From positions 3,750,001 to 3,782,000 of the forward strand of contig NZ_LN831024.1 in the NCBI RefSeq assembly GCF_001457615.1: a stretch of DNA of 32,000 bases, given 5' to 3'. The notes beneath the pieces were generated by a model. That model was not told the origin of the DNA and made no database searches. It saw only the letters and a list, made by a program, of their open reading frames with translations. The stretch is from Pseudomonas aeruginosa (GTDB lineage Bacteria > Pseudomonadota > Gammaproteobacteria > Pseudomonadales > Pseudomonadaceae). Made by a program: the position numbers and the translations under genes. How positions within the stretch are numbered: position 1 is the first letter of the stretch; the number at the start of each line of letters is the position of its first letter. Below, in pieces: positions 17,092 to 25,268 of the stretch.

Positions 17092-18393
17092 ATGAAGAAG
17101 GCAACACGCATCGGCCTCTGGGCCTCCGGCAGCCTCGTCGCGCTCGCCGCCATCGCCCTCGGCTACGCCTGGCAACCGGCCATCGGGCCACTGGAAGGCA
17201 CACCCGGTCCCTTCAGCGCCGAGCAGATCGCCCGCGGCGAACGCCTCGCCGCCCTCGGCGACTGCGCGGTCTGCCACACTCGCGAAGGCGGCCCGCGCAA
17301 CGCCGGCGGACGGGCCTTGCCGACGCCGTTCGGGACGATCTACAGCAGCAACCTCACGCCGGATCGCGCGAGCGGCATCGGTGGCTGGTCCTACCCCGCC
17401 TTCGAGCGGGCCATGCGGCATGGCGTGGCCCGCGACGGCAGCTACCTGTATCCGGCGTTCCCTTACACCGCCTTCACCAGGACTCGCGACGAAGACCTGA
17501 AGGCCCTGTACGCCTACCTGATGAGCCAGCCGGCGGTGCACAGCGAAACGCCTGCCAACCAGCTGCCGTTCCCCTTCGACCAACGCCAGCTGATGGCCGG
17601 CTGGAACCTGCTGTTCCTGGAGCCCGGCGCCTACCGCGACGAGCCGACGCGCAACCAGCAATGGAACCGCGGCGCCTATCTCGCCGAAGGCCTCGGCCAT
17701 TGCAGCGCCTGCCACTCGCCGCGCAATGCGCTCGGCGCGGAAAAGTCCGGCAGCGCGCACTTCGCCGGCGGCGAGGCGGAGGGCTGGACCGCGCCAGCCT
17801 TGAACGCCAGTTCGCCGGCGCCCATCGCCTGGAGCGAGGAGGCCCTCTACGCCTACCTCCGCCACGGCTATTCGGCCTACCACGGGGTCGCCAGCGGGCC
17901 GATGGCGCCAGTGGTCGGCGAAGGCCTGGCCAAGCAGTCGGACGAGGACCTGCGGGCCCTGGCCCATTACTTTGCGTCCTACGCCGCTGCCCCGGCCGGG
18001 GAAACCGATCAGCAACAGGCGCAACGCCTCGACCGGCAGGGCTACGGCCGCGTGCAACCGCCCAGCGGCAGCGGCGCGCGCCTGTTCGCCGGGGCCTGCC
18101 TGGCCTGCCACCATGACGGCGACGGACCGCGCTTCTTCGGCGTGCGTCCATCCCTGGCGCTGAACAGCAATGTGCATGCGGACAGCCCGGACAACCTGCT
18201 GCGGATCATCCTCGACGGCATCCACAGCCCGGCCACCGGCGACCTCGGCTATATGCCCGGCTTCCGCCACAGCCTCGACGACCGGCAAGTCGCCGCCCTG
18301 GCCAACTACCTGCGCGAGCGTTTCGCCGGCAAGCCCGCCTGGCCGGACCTCGCGGCCAAGGCGGCAAGCCTGCGCCGACAGGCGGCGCCCTGA
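17092..18393 (+). CDS. Tri-haem cytochrome c subunit (membrane-anchored, alcohol/aldehyde dehydrogenase cytochrome-type)
   Basis: 433 aa. N-terminal anchor/signal KKATRIGLWASGSLVALAAIALGYA. Three CXXCH motifs (CAVCH, CSACH, CLACH). Confidence 0.9.
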   Translation: MKKATRIGLWASGSLVALAAIALGYAWQPAIGPLEGTPGPFSAEQIARGERLAALGDCAVCHTREGGPRNAGGRALPTPFGTIYSSNLTPDRASGIGGWSYPAFERAMRHGVARDGSYLYPAFPYTAFTRTRDEDLKALYAYLMSQPAVHSETPANQLPFPFDQRQLMAGWNLLFLEPGAYRDEPTRNQQWNRGAYLAEGLGHCSACHSPRNALGAEKSGSAHFAGGEAEGWTAPALNASSPAPIAWSEEALYAYLRHGYSAYHGVASGPMAPVVGEGLAKQSDEDLRALAHYFASYAAAPAGETDQQQAQRLDRQGYGRVQPPSGSGARLFAGACLACHHDGDGPRFFGVRPSLALNSNVHADSPDNLLRIILDGIHSPATGDLGYMPGFRHSLDDRQVAALANYLRERFAGKPAWPDLAAKAASLRRQAAP

Positions 18394-18403
18394 AGCATGC
18401 GGC

Positions 18404-19186
18404 TCAGTTGGGCAAGCGCAGGGAGCGGGCGAAGCAACCGGGGGTCTGGCCGAAATGACGCTGGAACAGGCTGATGAACGCCGAGGTGGAGTCGTAGCCA
18501 AGGTCGCTGGCCACCCGCGTCACGCTGGCGCCCTCCTCCAGCGCGGCGACCGCGTTGAGCAGACGCAGGCGCTGGCGCCACTCGCGAAACGACAACTGGG
18601 TCTGCTCGCGGAACAACCGCGCCAGGGTCCGTCGGGACGCCCCCACCAGTCCCGCCCAATCCGAGATGCCGCGCGGATCGGCGGGATCCGCCTGTAGCGC
18701 GTCGGTGATCCGGCGCAAGCGCGGGTCGCCAGGCAACGGCAGGTTCAGCGGCGCCTCGCGAAGGCGCCCGACCTCATCGGCGACCACCTGCATGAGACGC
18801 TCGGCCTCGCCACCCGGCGGATATTCACGGGGAAACTCCGCCGCCCGCAGCAACAGTTCGCGCAGCAGGCCGGACACCTCCAGTACCCGGCAACCGCCGG
18901 GCAGCGAACGATCCAGGTAGAGACTGCGGAACAGCACAGGGTTGCAAGCCTCCGCGGCGTGCCGGACGCCCGGCGGAATCCACAGCGCCCGCTGCGCCGG
19001 CACCAGATAGCTGTGCCGCTCGGTGCTGGCGCGCAAGGTGCCGCTGGCGGCGTACATCAGTTGGCCCCAGGGGTGCTCGTGCATCTCCACCCGGTGCCCG
19101 GTGGGCATCTCGAAGGCGCGCAGGTACACCGCGCAGGGCAGGCTGCGGAATCGCGGCAGGTCGCGTTCTTGTCCCGTTTGCGGCAT
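18404..19186 (-). CDS. AraC-family transcriptional regulator (cupin sensor + HTH_18)
   Basis: 260 aa from ATG 19186 (GGGGA SD 6 nt upstream). Cupin-like MHEHPWGQLMYAASG. C-terminal double HTH …SRRTLARLFREQTQLSFREWRQRLRLLNAVAAL…VASDLGYDSTSAFISLFQRHFGQTP. The ORF-track start at 19585 is an artefactual extension into panB antisense. Confidence 0.85.
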   Translation of the reverse strand: MPQTGQERDLPRFRSLPCAVYLRAFEMPTGHRVEMHEHPWGQLMYAASGTLRASTERHSYLVPAQRALWIPPGVRHAAEACNPVLFRSLYLDRSLPGGCRVLEVSGLLRELLLRAAEFPREYPPGGEAERLMQVVADEVGRLREAPLNLPLPGDPRLRRITDALQADPADPRGISDWAGLVGASRRTLARLFREQTQLSFREWRQRLRLLNAVAALEEGASVTRVASDLGYDSTSAFISLFQRHFGQTPGCFARSLRLPN

Positions 19187-19234
19187 CGGTTGTCCCCATC
19201 CGTCGAGTGAGCGGTGCGCGGCCGATGTTAGCGT

Positions 19235-19263
19235 GTGGCTCCCCATAGACAAACCGGAGCCAC
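19235..19263 (+). promoter_or_regulatory. Inverted repeat GTGGCTCC-N13-GGAGCCAC covering the SD of the PanB paralog
   Basis: Perfect 8-bp arms. The 3' arm contains the GGAG SD (19256-19259) 7 nt before ATG 19267, and the 5' arm carries the complementary CTCC. It is either an SD-sequestering hairpin or a dimeric operator. Confidence 0.3.
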
Positions 19264-19266
19264 GCC

Positions 19267-20088
19267 ATGAGCAGTCATCGCCCGCAACATCGCCTGTCCG
19301 TTCCCGATATCCAGCGCCGCAAGGGTGCCGGCAGCCTGGTGGCGCTGACCGCCTACAGCACGCCCATGGCCCGCCTCCTCGATCCGCATGCCGACCTGCT
19401 GCTGGTCGGCGATTCGCTGGGCATGGTGCTCTATGGCATGCCCAGCACCCTGGGAGTGAGCCTGGAGATGATGGTCGCCCACACCCTGGCGGTGATGCGC
19501 GGCAGTCGGCGCGCCTGCGTGGTGGCCGACTTGCCGTTCGCCAGCTACCAGGAATCGCCCCGACAGGCGTTCCGCAACGCCGCACGCCTGCTGGCCGACA
19601 GCGGCGCCCAGGCGGTGAAGCTGGAAGGCGGTGAGGAAATGGAAGAAACCGTGGACTTCCTGGTACGCCGTGGCATACCGGTGCTCGCCCATATCGGCCT
19701 GATGCCGCAGCAGGTCAACGCCATGGGCGGCTTCAAGGCCCAGGGGCGTGACCCGGAAAGCGCAGAACGGGTACGCCGCGACGGCCTCGCCATGCAGCGC
19801 GGCGGCGCCTTCGCGGTGGTCATCGAAGGCGTAGGCGAGCCGCTGGCCCGTCGCCTTAGCGAAGAACTGGCGATCCCCTGCATCGGTATCGGCGCCTCGC
19901 CGGCCTGCGACGGCCAGGTACTGGTCAGCGAGGACCTGCTCGGGCTAAGCGGCGAACAGGTACCGCGCTTCGTCGAACGCTACGCGCGCCTCGACCGGGA
20001 AATCGACGAGGCGGCCCGGCGCTTCGCCGAGGACGTGCGCGAACGGCGCTTCCCCGAGGCCAGGCATTGCTTCGCCATGCGCGAGTGA
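19267..20088 (+). CDS. 3-methyl-2-oxobutanoate hydroxymethyltransferase family protein (PanB paralog)
   Basis: 273 aa, colinear with PanB: …[12 protein letters not shown]…[14 protein letters not shown]…ADLPFASYQ…AVKLEGG…HIGLMPQ…GGFKAQGR…IEGV…IPCIGIGAS…DGQVLV… No panC or panD is adjacent. Confidence 0.85.
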
Positions 20089-20098
20089 GCCGGCGGTC

Positions 20099-20824
20099 TC
20101 AGGCGAAGACTTCCGCCAGCAGGTCGTCCATCGCCTGGAAGGCACGCCGGGAGGTCCTGGCGTCATAGTGCATCTTGCCCGGCAGCTTGGCGTTCGGATC
20201 GGTGAAGGAATGCACCGCGCCGCCGTAGCTGGTGAGCTGCCAGTCGACGCCGGCATCGGTCATCTCCCTGGCGAAGGCCGGCAACTGCTCGCGCGGCACC
20301 AGCGGATCGGAGGCACCGTCGAGGACCAGTACCGCGCCCTTGATGTTCCTGGCATGCGCCGGGTCCGGCGTATCCAGGGTGCCATGGAAGGACACGAAGG
20401 CCTTCAGCTCGGCGCCGTCGCGAGCCAGCTCCAGCACGCAGCAACCGCCGAAGCAGAAACCGAAGGCGGCCTGGCGGGTCGTATCGACAGCCGCGAGCGC
20501 CTGTCCGCGCAAGGCCGCCAGCGCTGCCTGCATGCGCTTGCGCAGCAGGGCCCGGTCGTTCTTCAGCGGCATCATCGCCGCGCCCGCCTCGTCGCCGTTC
20601 TGCGGACGCACGTCCCTGCCGTAGAGGTCCGCGACCAGCACCACGTGCCCACGGCCGGCGACCTGCCGGGCGATGTCCAGCGCGGCGGCGCTCACGCCCA
20701 TCCAGTTCGGCGCCATCAGCAGGCCCGGGCGCGGCCCCGCGTGGCTGGCGTCGTACACCAGTTGACCTTCGTACGGCTGCCCATCGATGTCGTAGGCGAC
20801 CGGCTCTACACGAATCTCACTCAT
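20099..20824 (-). CDS. Dienelactone hydrolase-family alpha/beta hydrolase
   Basis: 241 aa from ATG 20824 (AGGAG SD 8 nt upstream). Nucleophile elbow with Cys AFGFCFGG, as in dienelactone hydrolases, and a C-terminal …YGGAVHSF… His region. Confidence 0.85.
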   Translation of the reverse strand: MSEIRVEPVAYDIDGQPYEGQLVYDASHAGPRPGLLMAPNWMGVSAAALDIARQVAGRGHVVLVADLYGRDVRPQNGDEAGAAMMPLKNDRALLRKRMQAALAALRGQALAAVDTTRQAAFGFCFGGCCVLELARDGAELKAFVSFHGTLDTPDPAHARNIKGAVLVLDGASDPLVPREQLPAFAREMTDAGVDWQLTSYGGAVHSFTDPNAKLPGKMHYDARTSRRAFQAMDDLLAEVFA

Positions 20825-20846
20825 GGGTACTGCTCCTGCGAGAGTT

Positions 20847-20880
20847 GGAAAAGACAAAGCCCGCCGAAGCGGGCTTTGTC
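20847..20880 (-). terminator. Rho-independent terminator of htpG
   Basis: GACAAAGCCCGC-ttcg-GCGGGCTTTGTC perfect 12-bp stem (20853-20880), followed on the minus strand by TTTTCC. It begins 12 nt after the htpG stop. Confidence 0.85.
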
Positions 20881-20891
20881 GGGGCTACTGC

Positions 20892-22796
20892 TTAAGCGGA
20901 CAGCTCCACCAGCAGCTTGTTCAGTCGGCGTACGTAGGCGCCCGGATCCTTGAGGCTGTCCCCCGCGGCCAGGGCGGCCTGGTCGAAGAGAATATGCGAC
21001 AGCTCGCCGAAGCGGTCCTCGTCCGGCTCCGCATCCAGCTTCTCGATCAGCGGATGCTGCGGGTTGATCTCGAAGATCGGCTTCGAGTCCGGCACTTTCT
21101 GCCCGCTGGCCTCGAGGATCTGGCGCATCTGCAGGCCAAGGTCCTGTTCGCCGATGGCGAGGATCGCCGGCGAATCGGTCAGGCGGTGGGAAACGCGGAC
21201 TTCGCTGACCTGCTCGTCGAGCACCTTCTTCAGGCGCTCGATCAGGCCTTCCTTGCTCTTGGCGACTTCTTCCTGGGCCTTCTTGTCCTCTTCCGAGTCT
21301 AGGCTGCCCAGGTCCAAGTCGCCGCGGGCGACATCGACGAACTGCTTGCCGTCGAACTCCGGCAGGTAGCTCATCAGCCACTCGTCGATGCGATCGGTGA
21401 GCAGCAGCACCTCGATGCCCTTCTTGCGGAAGACTTCCAGGTGCGGGCTGTTCTTCACCTGCGAGTAGCTCTCGCCGGTGAGGTAGTAGATCTTGTCCTG
21501 GCCTTCCTTCATCCGACCGATGTAGTCGGCCAGCGCTACGCTCTGCTCGCCCGAATCGTCGCCGGTGGAGGCGAAGCGCAGCAGGCCGGCGATCTTCTCC
21601 TTGTTGCCGAAGTCTTCCGCCGGGCCTTCCTTGAGGACCTGGCCGAAGTTCTTCCAGAAGGTCTTGTACTGCTCCGGCTCGTTCTTCGCCAGCTTCTCCA
21701 GCATGTCCAGCACGCGCTTGGTCAACGCCGACTTCATCGAGTCGATCACCGGATCCTTCTGCAGGATTTCCCGGGAGACGTTCAGCGACAGGTCGTTGGA
21801 GTCGACCACACCCTTGATGAAGCGCAGGTACAGCGGCAGGAACTCGTCGGCCTGGTCCATGATGAACACGCGCTGTACGTACAGCTTCAGGCCTCGTGGC
21901 GCCTCGCGATGGTACAGGTCGAACGGCGCGCGGCCCGGCACGTAGAGCAGCGAGGTGTATTCCAGCTTGCCTTCGACCTTGTTGTGGCTCCAGCTCAGCG
22001 GGTTCTCGAAGTCATGGGCGACGTGCTTGTAGAACTCCTGGTATTCCTCGTCCTTCACCTCGGCGCGCGGACGGGTCCACAGCGCGCTGGCGCGGTTGAC
22101 CGTTTCCCATTCCGGCTCGGCCGGCTTGTCGGCCTCTTCGCCGTGGAATTCCTTGGGCAGCTCGATCGGCAAAGCGATGTGATCGGAGTATTTCTTGATC
22201 ACGTTGCGCAGGCGCCAGCCATCGGCGAACTCCTCCTCGCCCTTTTTCAGGTGGAGGACGATGCGGGTACCGCGCTCGGGCTTGTCGATGGTAGCGACGT
22301 CGAACTCGCCCTCGCCCTTCGACGACCAGTGCACCCCTTCGCTGGCCGGCTGGCCGGCGCGACGGGAGTAGACATCGACCTTGTCGGCGACGATGAAGGC
22401 GCTGTAGAAACCGACGCCGAACTGGCCGATCAGGTGCGAATCCTTCTTCTGGTCGCCAGACAAGTTCTTCAGGAAGTCGGCGGTCCCGGACTTGGCGATG
22501 GTGCCCAGGTGAGTCACCACATCCTCGCGGCTCATGCCGATGCCGTTGTCTTCCAGGGTGACGGTGTTGGCTTCCTTGTCGAAGCTGACGCGGATCTTCA
22601 GCTCGGCGCCGCCCTCGAGCAGCTCGGGATTGGCCAGGGCTTCGAAACGCAGCTTGTCGGCGGCGTCCGAGGCGTTGGAAATCAGTTCGCGGAGGAAGAT
22701 TTCCTTGTTCGAATAGAGAGAATGAATCATCAGGTGAAGCAGTTGCTTCACTTCAGTCTGAAAGCCCAGTGTCTCTTTTTGGGTTTCCACGCTCAT
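20892..22796 (-). CDS. htpG: Molecular chaperone HtpG (Hsp90)
   Basis: 634 aa from ATG 22796 ([45 protein letters not shown]…). GGAG-containing SD region upstream. In-frame ATGs at 22811 and 22820 lack an SD. Confidence 0.95.
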   Translation of the reverse strand: MSVETQKETLGFQTEVKQLLHLMIHSLYSNKEIFLRELISNASDAADKLRFEALANPELLEGGAELKIRVSFDKEANTVTLEDNGIGMSREDVVTHLGTIAKSGTADFLKNLSGDQKKDSHLIGQFGVGFYSAFIVADKVDVYSRRAGQPASEGVHWSSKGEGEFDVATIDKPERGTRIVLHLKKGEEEFADGWRLRNVIKKYSDHIALPIELPKEFHGEEADKPAEPEWETVNRASALWTRPRAEVKDEEYQEFYKHVAHDFENPLSWSHNKVEGKLEYTSLLYVPGRAPFDLYHREAPRGLKLYVQRVFIMDQADEFLPLYLRFIKGVVDSNDLSLNVSREILQKDPVIDSMKSALTKRVLDMLEKLAKNEPEQYKTFWKNFGQVLKEGPAEDFGNKEKIAGLLRFASTGDDSGEQSVALADYIGRMKEGQDKIYYLTGESYSQVKNSPHLEVFRKKGIEVLLLTDRIDEWLMSYLPEFDGKQFVDVARGDLDLGSLDSEEDKKAQEEVAKSKEGLIERLKKVLDEQVSEVRVSHRLTDSPAILAIGEQDLGLQMRQILEASGQKVPDSKPIFEINPQHPLIEKLDAEPDEDRFGELSHILFDQAALAAGDSLKDPGAYVRRLNKLLVELSA

Positions 22797-22847
22797 CGCT
22801 CCAAGCTCCATCAATGACATAAGCCGCGTACCACGGCGGATGTCCCC

Positions 22848-22876
22848 TAGGTGGGGCCTTCTTCCGGCTTTTCAAG
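22848..22876 (-). promoter_or_regulatory. Sigma-32 (RpoH) heat-shock promoter of htpG
   Basis: The minus strand reads CTTGAAA (22876-22870) - 13 nt - CCCCACCTA (22856-22848). The consensus is CTTGAAA-N13/14-CCCCATNT. Confidence 0.7.
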
Positions 22877-22886
22877 CGCTTATGCG

Positions 22887-22909
22887 AAAAAACCGCGCAC
22901 CGTCGTGCG
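22887..22909 (-). terminator. Weak terminator after the thioesterase/membrane-protein operon
   Basis: The minus strand reads CGCAC-gacg-GTGCG followed by CGG-TTTTTT, 5 nt after the stop at 22914. The stem is short but the U-tract is good. Confidence 0.4.
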
Positions 22910-22913
22910 ACGA

Positions 22914-24143
22914 CTAGCGTTCGAGCAGTTCGAGACGGGCGATCTCCGCCGGGCGCAACAGGTAGCTCACCTCCCCCGCACCGGGCATTTCCCGGCGGAT
23001 CACCAGGCGCCCCTCGCTGTCGAGGCCGGTGAAACGGCCCTCGGCGATACGCCCGCGTACCGTCGTGGCCTTGACCAGGCGCTGGCTGTAGCGCTGCGGT
23101 TCGACCTGGACCAGCTCCAGGTCGAGGGTGGCGTTGCCCGGCGCCGGCAGCGCCTGCGGCTCGGGCGGCGCCGCCGCGGCCACGGTCGCAGGCTCCGCCG
23201 GCAAGGCGGGGAACGCGTCGCCGCGCACCGTCCACTCCCGCCGGGCGTTCTTCTCCAGCGTCAGCTCCAGCACCTGAGCCTGGCCGGCCACCAGGGCCTC
23301 GATACGCAGCGGCCGCGCATGGCTGGCCGCGCGCCAGGACGGCGCCCGCACGAGGCTGACGTCGCGGCTGGCGAAACGTCGCTGCAGATAATCGCGCAAG
23401 ACCAGGGCCAGGGTATCGTCGGAGTCGTAGCCCAGGTCGACCTTGCCGTGCCGATAGCGCAGCCGGTCGGTATACAGCTCGACGTGGCCGCTGAGGGTGG
23501 TCCGGTAGTCGCTCGGCAGGCTCAGGTGGAACTCGCCCTCCAGGCGGTTCGGCGCCTTGGGCCGCAGGTCCAGGTGCAAGGTATAGCCACGCAGGAGACG
23601 ACGTGCCTCGGGCAGGTCCTGATCCGGTTGCAGCCAGCTCAGCTCGACTTCTGGCAACGCGCCGCCGTCCTCGGGCAGCACATCCAGGCGCAGCGCCCCG
23701 AGCGGCTGTGCCGGAAGGCGGATCTGCAGCTCGCGCTGGGCGTAGAAATCGTGCCCCTGGCGCAGGCTCAGCACGCCGCCGATCAACTCGCCGCTCTGCG
23801 GCGCGAAAGGCTTGCCGTTGAACTCCCCGCTGAGCGCGATGGCCAGTTCCGCCGGCGGCCTGGCCTCCGGCTTCAGCCAGCGCAGGCTGAGGATCGCCTC
23901 CAGCCGCGCAGCGTCGTGACTGGCCAGCAGCGCCAGGCCGACCACCAGCGGGATGCAACCCAGCGCGGCCAGCCCGACGCCCTTGCGCGCCGTACGCCAG
24001 TGCACGCCGATATAGGCCAGCGCCACCGGCGGGAAAAGGCTGCCGTAACCCCACAGCAGACCGGTACCGAAGGCCAGGACGATGACCCAGATATAGCCGG
24101 CGACCATCAGCAGCAGGCCGCCCAGAATCAGCAAGGCATCCAT
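22914..24143 (-). CDS. Uncharacterised membrane protein (3 N-terminal TM helices + ~320-aa soluble region)
   Basis: 409-aa ORF, GAGGA SD 7 nt upstream. TM segments LLILGGLLLMVAGYIWVIVLAF, LLWGYGSLFPPVALAYIGV and VGLAALGCIPLVVGLALLA. Pro/Ala linker PALPAEPATVAAAAPPEPQALPAPG precedes a ~75-aa C-terminal module. I recognise no motif in it. Confidence 0.75.
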   Translation of the reverse strand: MDALLILGGLLLMVAGYIWVIVLAFGTGLLWGYGSLFPPVALAYIGVHWRTARKGVGLAALGCIPLVVGLALLASHDAARLEAILSLRWLKPEARPPAELAIALSGEFNGKPFAPQSGELIGGVLSLRQGHDFYAQRELQIRLPAQPLGALRLDVLPEDGGALPEVELSWLQPDQDLPEARRLLRGYTLHLDLRPKAPNRLEGEFHLSLPSDYRTTLSGHVELYTDRLRYRHGKVDLGYDSDDTLALVLRDYLQRRFASRDVSLVRAPSWRAASHARPLRIEALVAGQAQVLELTLEKNARREWTVRGDAFPALPAEPATVAAAAPPEPQALPAPGNATLDLELVQVEPQRYSQRLVKATTVRGRIAEGRFTGLDSEGRLVIRREMPGAGEVSYLLRPAEIARLELLER

Positions 24144-24179
24144 CGCGATATCCTCAGCCCACTTTCCGCAGCGTACGGC

Positions 24180-24626
24180 TCACGGCTCGTCCACCTTGAA
24201 ATGCGCCCGCGCAGTGGCGATGGGCTCGCCCTGGGTGGTCTGCCAGGCGTTGATCGCGACGTTCGCCACCCGTCGCCCCTGGCGCCAGACCTGGCATTGC
24301 GCGTAGGTATCGCGGAAGTGCCCGGCACGCAGGTAATCGATGGAGAAATCGATGATCTTCGGCAGGTGCGGAATGCTCATGAAAGTCAGCAGGTGCAACA
24401 TCGCCGCATGCTCCATGAAGCCGGCGATCACGCCGCCATGGATGGCCGGCAGGGTCGGGTTGCCGATGTTGTCCTTGTTCGCCGGCAGGCGGAAGACCAT
24501 GTCGTCGCCCAGGCGCAGGCATTCGATGCCGAGCAGCTTGGCGTACGGGATCAGCTCCACCAGCGGGCTGTAGTCGTTGTTCCGACGCGCGTCGCGGACC
24601 AGTTGCTCGAGGCTGGTCGGGCTCAT
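24180..24626 (-). CDS. Hotdog-fold acyl-CoA thioesterase (PaaI/YdiI-type), copy 2
   Basis: 148 aa from ATG 24626. ATGA overlap with the upstream thioesterase stop (24623-24626). Family motif NPTLPAIHGGVIAGFMEHAAM. The ORF-track start at 25502 is an artefactual extension. Confidence 0.85.
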   Translation of the reverse strand: MSPTSLEQLVRDARRNNDYSPLVELIPYAKLLGIECLRLGDDMVFRLPANKDNIGNPTLPAIHGGVIAGFMEHAAMLHLLTFMSIPHLPKIIDFSIDYLRAGHFRDTYAQCQVWRQGRRVANVAINAWQTTQGEPIATARAHFKVDEP

Positions 24627-25096
24627 GCCGCACCTCCCTGCGCGGCCGGCCTGGCCGCCCCGGCGCGGGCCGAACCGCCCATGCGCATGAAAGCGCCGAC
24701 GACATGGGCGATGGGCTGGCCCGGATCGTCCTGGTAGGCGAAGCCGCGGGTGAAGATCACGTTCGGCGTGACCCGGTAGCACTCGGCGAAGCCATAGACA
24801 TCCTTGTGCGGTTCGGCGGGATGCATGTAGTCGATGCGCAGGTCGAGCGTCGGGCAGATCTCGAAGTCCGGCAGCACGCAGACCGTGGAAATACCACAGG
24901 TGGTGTCCATCAGGGTGGTGATCGCGCCGCCGTGGACGACCCCGCTTTCCGGGTTGCCGATGATCGCCTGGCTGTAGGGCAGGCGCAGGGTCAGTCCTTT
25001 CTCGTCGGCGGCCTCGACCGTCAACCCCAGCACCTGGCAATGACGCAAGGCCGAGAGAAAGCGCCGGGCGCGCTCGAGGAGAGGATTTTCCGACAT
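24623..25096 (-). CDS. Hotdog-fold acyl-CoA thioesterase (PaaI/YdiI-type), copy 1
   Basis: 157-aa ORF. Motif NPESGVVHGGAITTLMDTTCG. Low-complexity Ala/Gly C-terminal tail overlapping the next start. Confidence 0.85.
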   Translation of the reverse strand: MSENPLLERARRFLSALRHCQVLGLTVEAADEKGLTLRLPYSQAIIGNPESGVVHGGAITTLMDTTCGISTVCVLPDFEICPTLDLRIDYMHPAEPHKDVYGFAECYRVTPNVIFTRGFAYQDDPGQPIAHVVGAFMRMGGSARAGAARPAAQGGAA

Positions 25097-25147
25097 GACG
25101 GCGACCTTGCTGGGAGTTTTCTGGAGGGCGAATCATACCCTGCCGCC

Positions 25148-25170
25148 AAAGCCCCGGCAGCCGGGGTTTT
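25148..25170 (+). repeat. Orphan terminator-like hairpin in a divergent promoter region
   Basis: AAAGCCCCGG-cag-CCGGGGTTTT (6 GC pairs + G.U + 3 AU). It lies between the divergently transcribed thioesterase (start 25096) and lipoprotein (start 25269) genes, so no annotated gene ends here. Confidence 0.3.
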
Positions 25171-25268
25171 GGACATAACGATCGAAATAGTCGAAGTGTG
25201 TGGAACTTCACGCCAGCGCAAATGTTCAAAGGGCTACAACGAGGAAAGCCGCACATGGAGGCTAAACG

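Noticed and set aside
18394-18403. 10-bp gaps between convergent gene pairs (cytochrome c/AraC at 18394-18403; PanB paralog/hydrolase at 20089-20098) with no terminators
   Set aside because: I noted this as possible convergent-transcription interference. Tight convergent junctions are common in this kind of genome, and nothing in the sequence indicates a specific mechanism.
16996-18501. 501-aa ORF antisense to the cytochrome c gene, plus nested ORFs (17474..18151-, 17661..18116+)
   Set aside because: The sequence is Arg/Gly/Pro-rich with no SD. It fully overlaps a gene with three CXXCH motifs in the sense frame.
19187-19585. N-terminal extensions offered by the ORF track for several genes (AraC to 19585; thioesterase to 25502; membrane protein to 26562; braB to 28003; MCP from 8707; htpG to 22820; hydrolase to 20857; small Fe-S subunit from 14281)
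   Set aside because: The extensions run through terminators, promoters or neighbouring genes, and they lack an SD. The internal starts I chose have SD sequences and give N-termini that match the expected family architecture.
21441-24737. ORFs 21441..22817(+), 22851..24737(+) and 22753..24054(-), overlapping htpG and the membrane-protein/thioesterase genes
   Set aside because: They are shadow ORFs. They also cross verified terminators and promoters, and their composition is non-protein-like.
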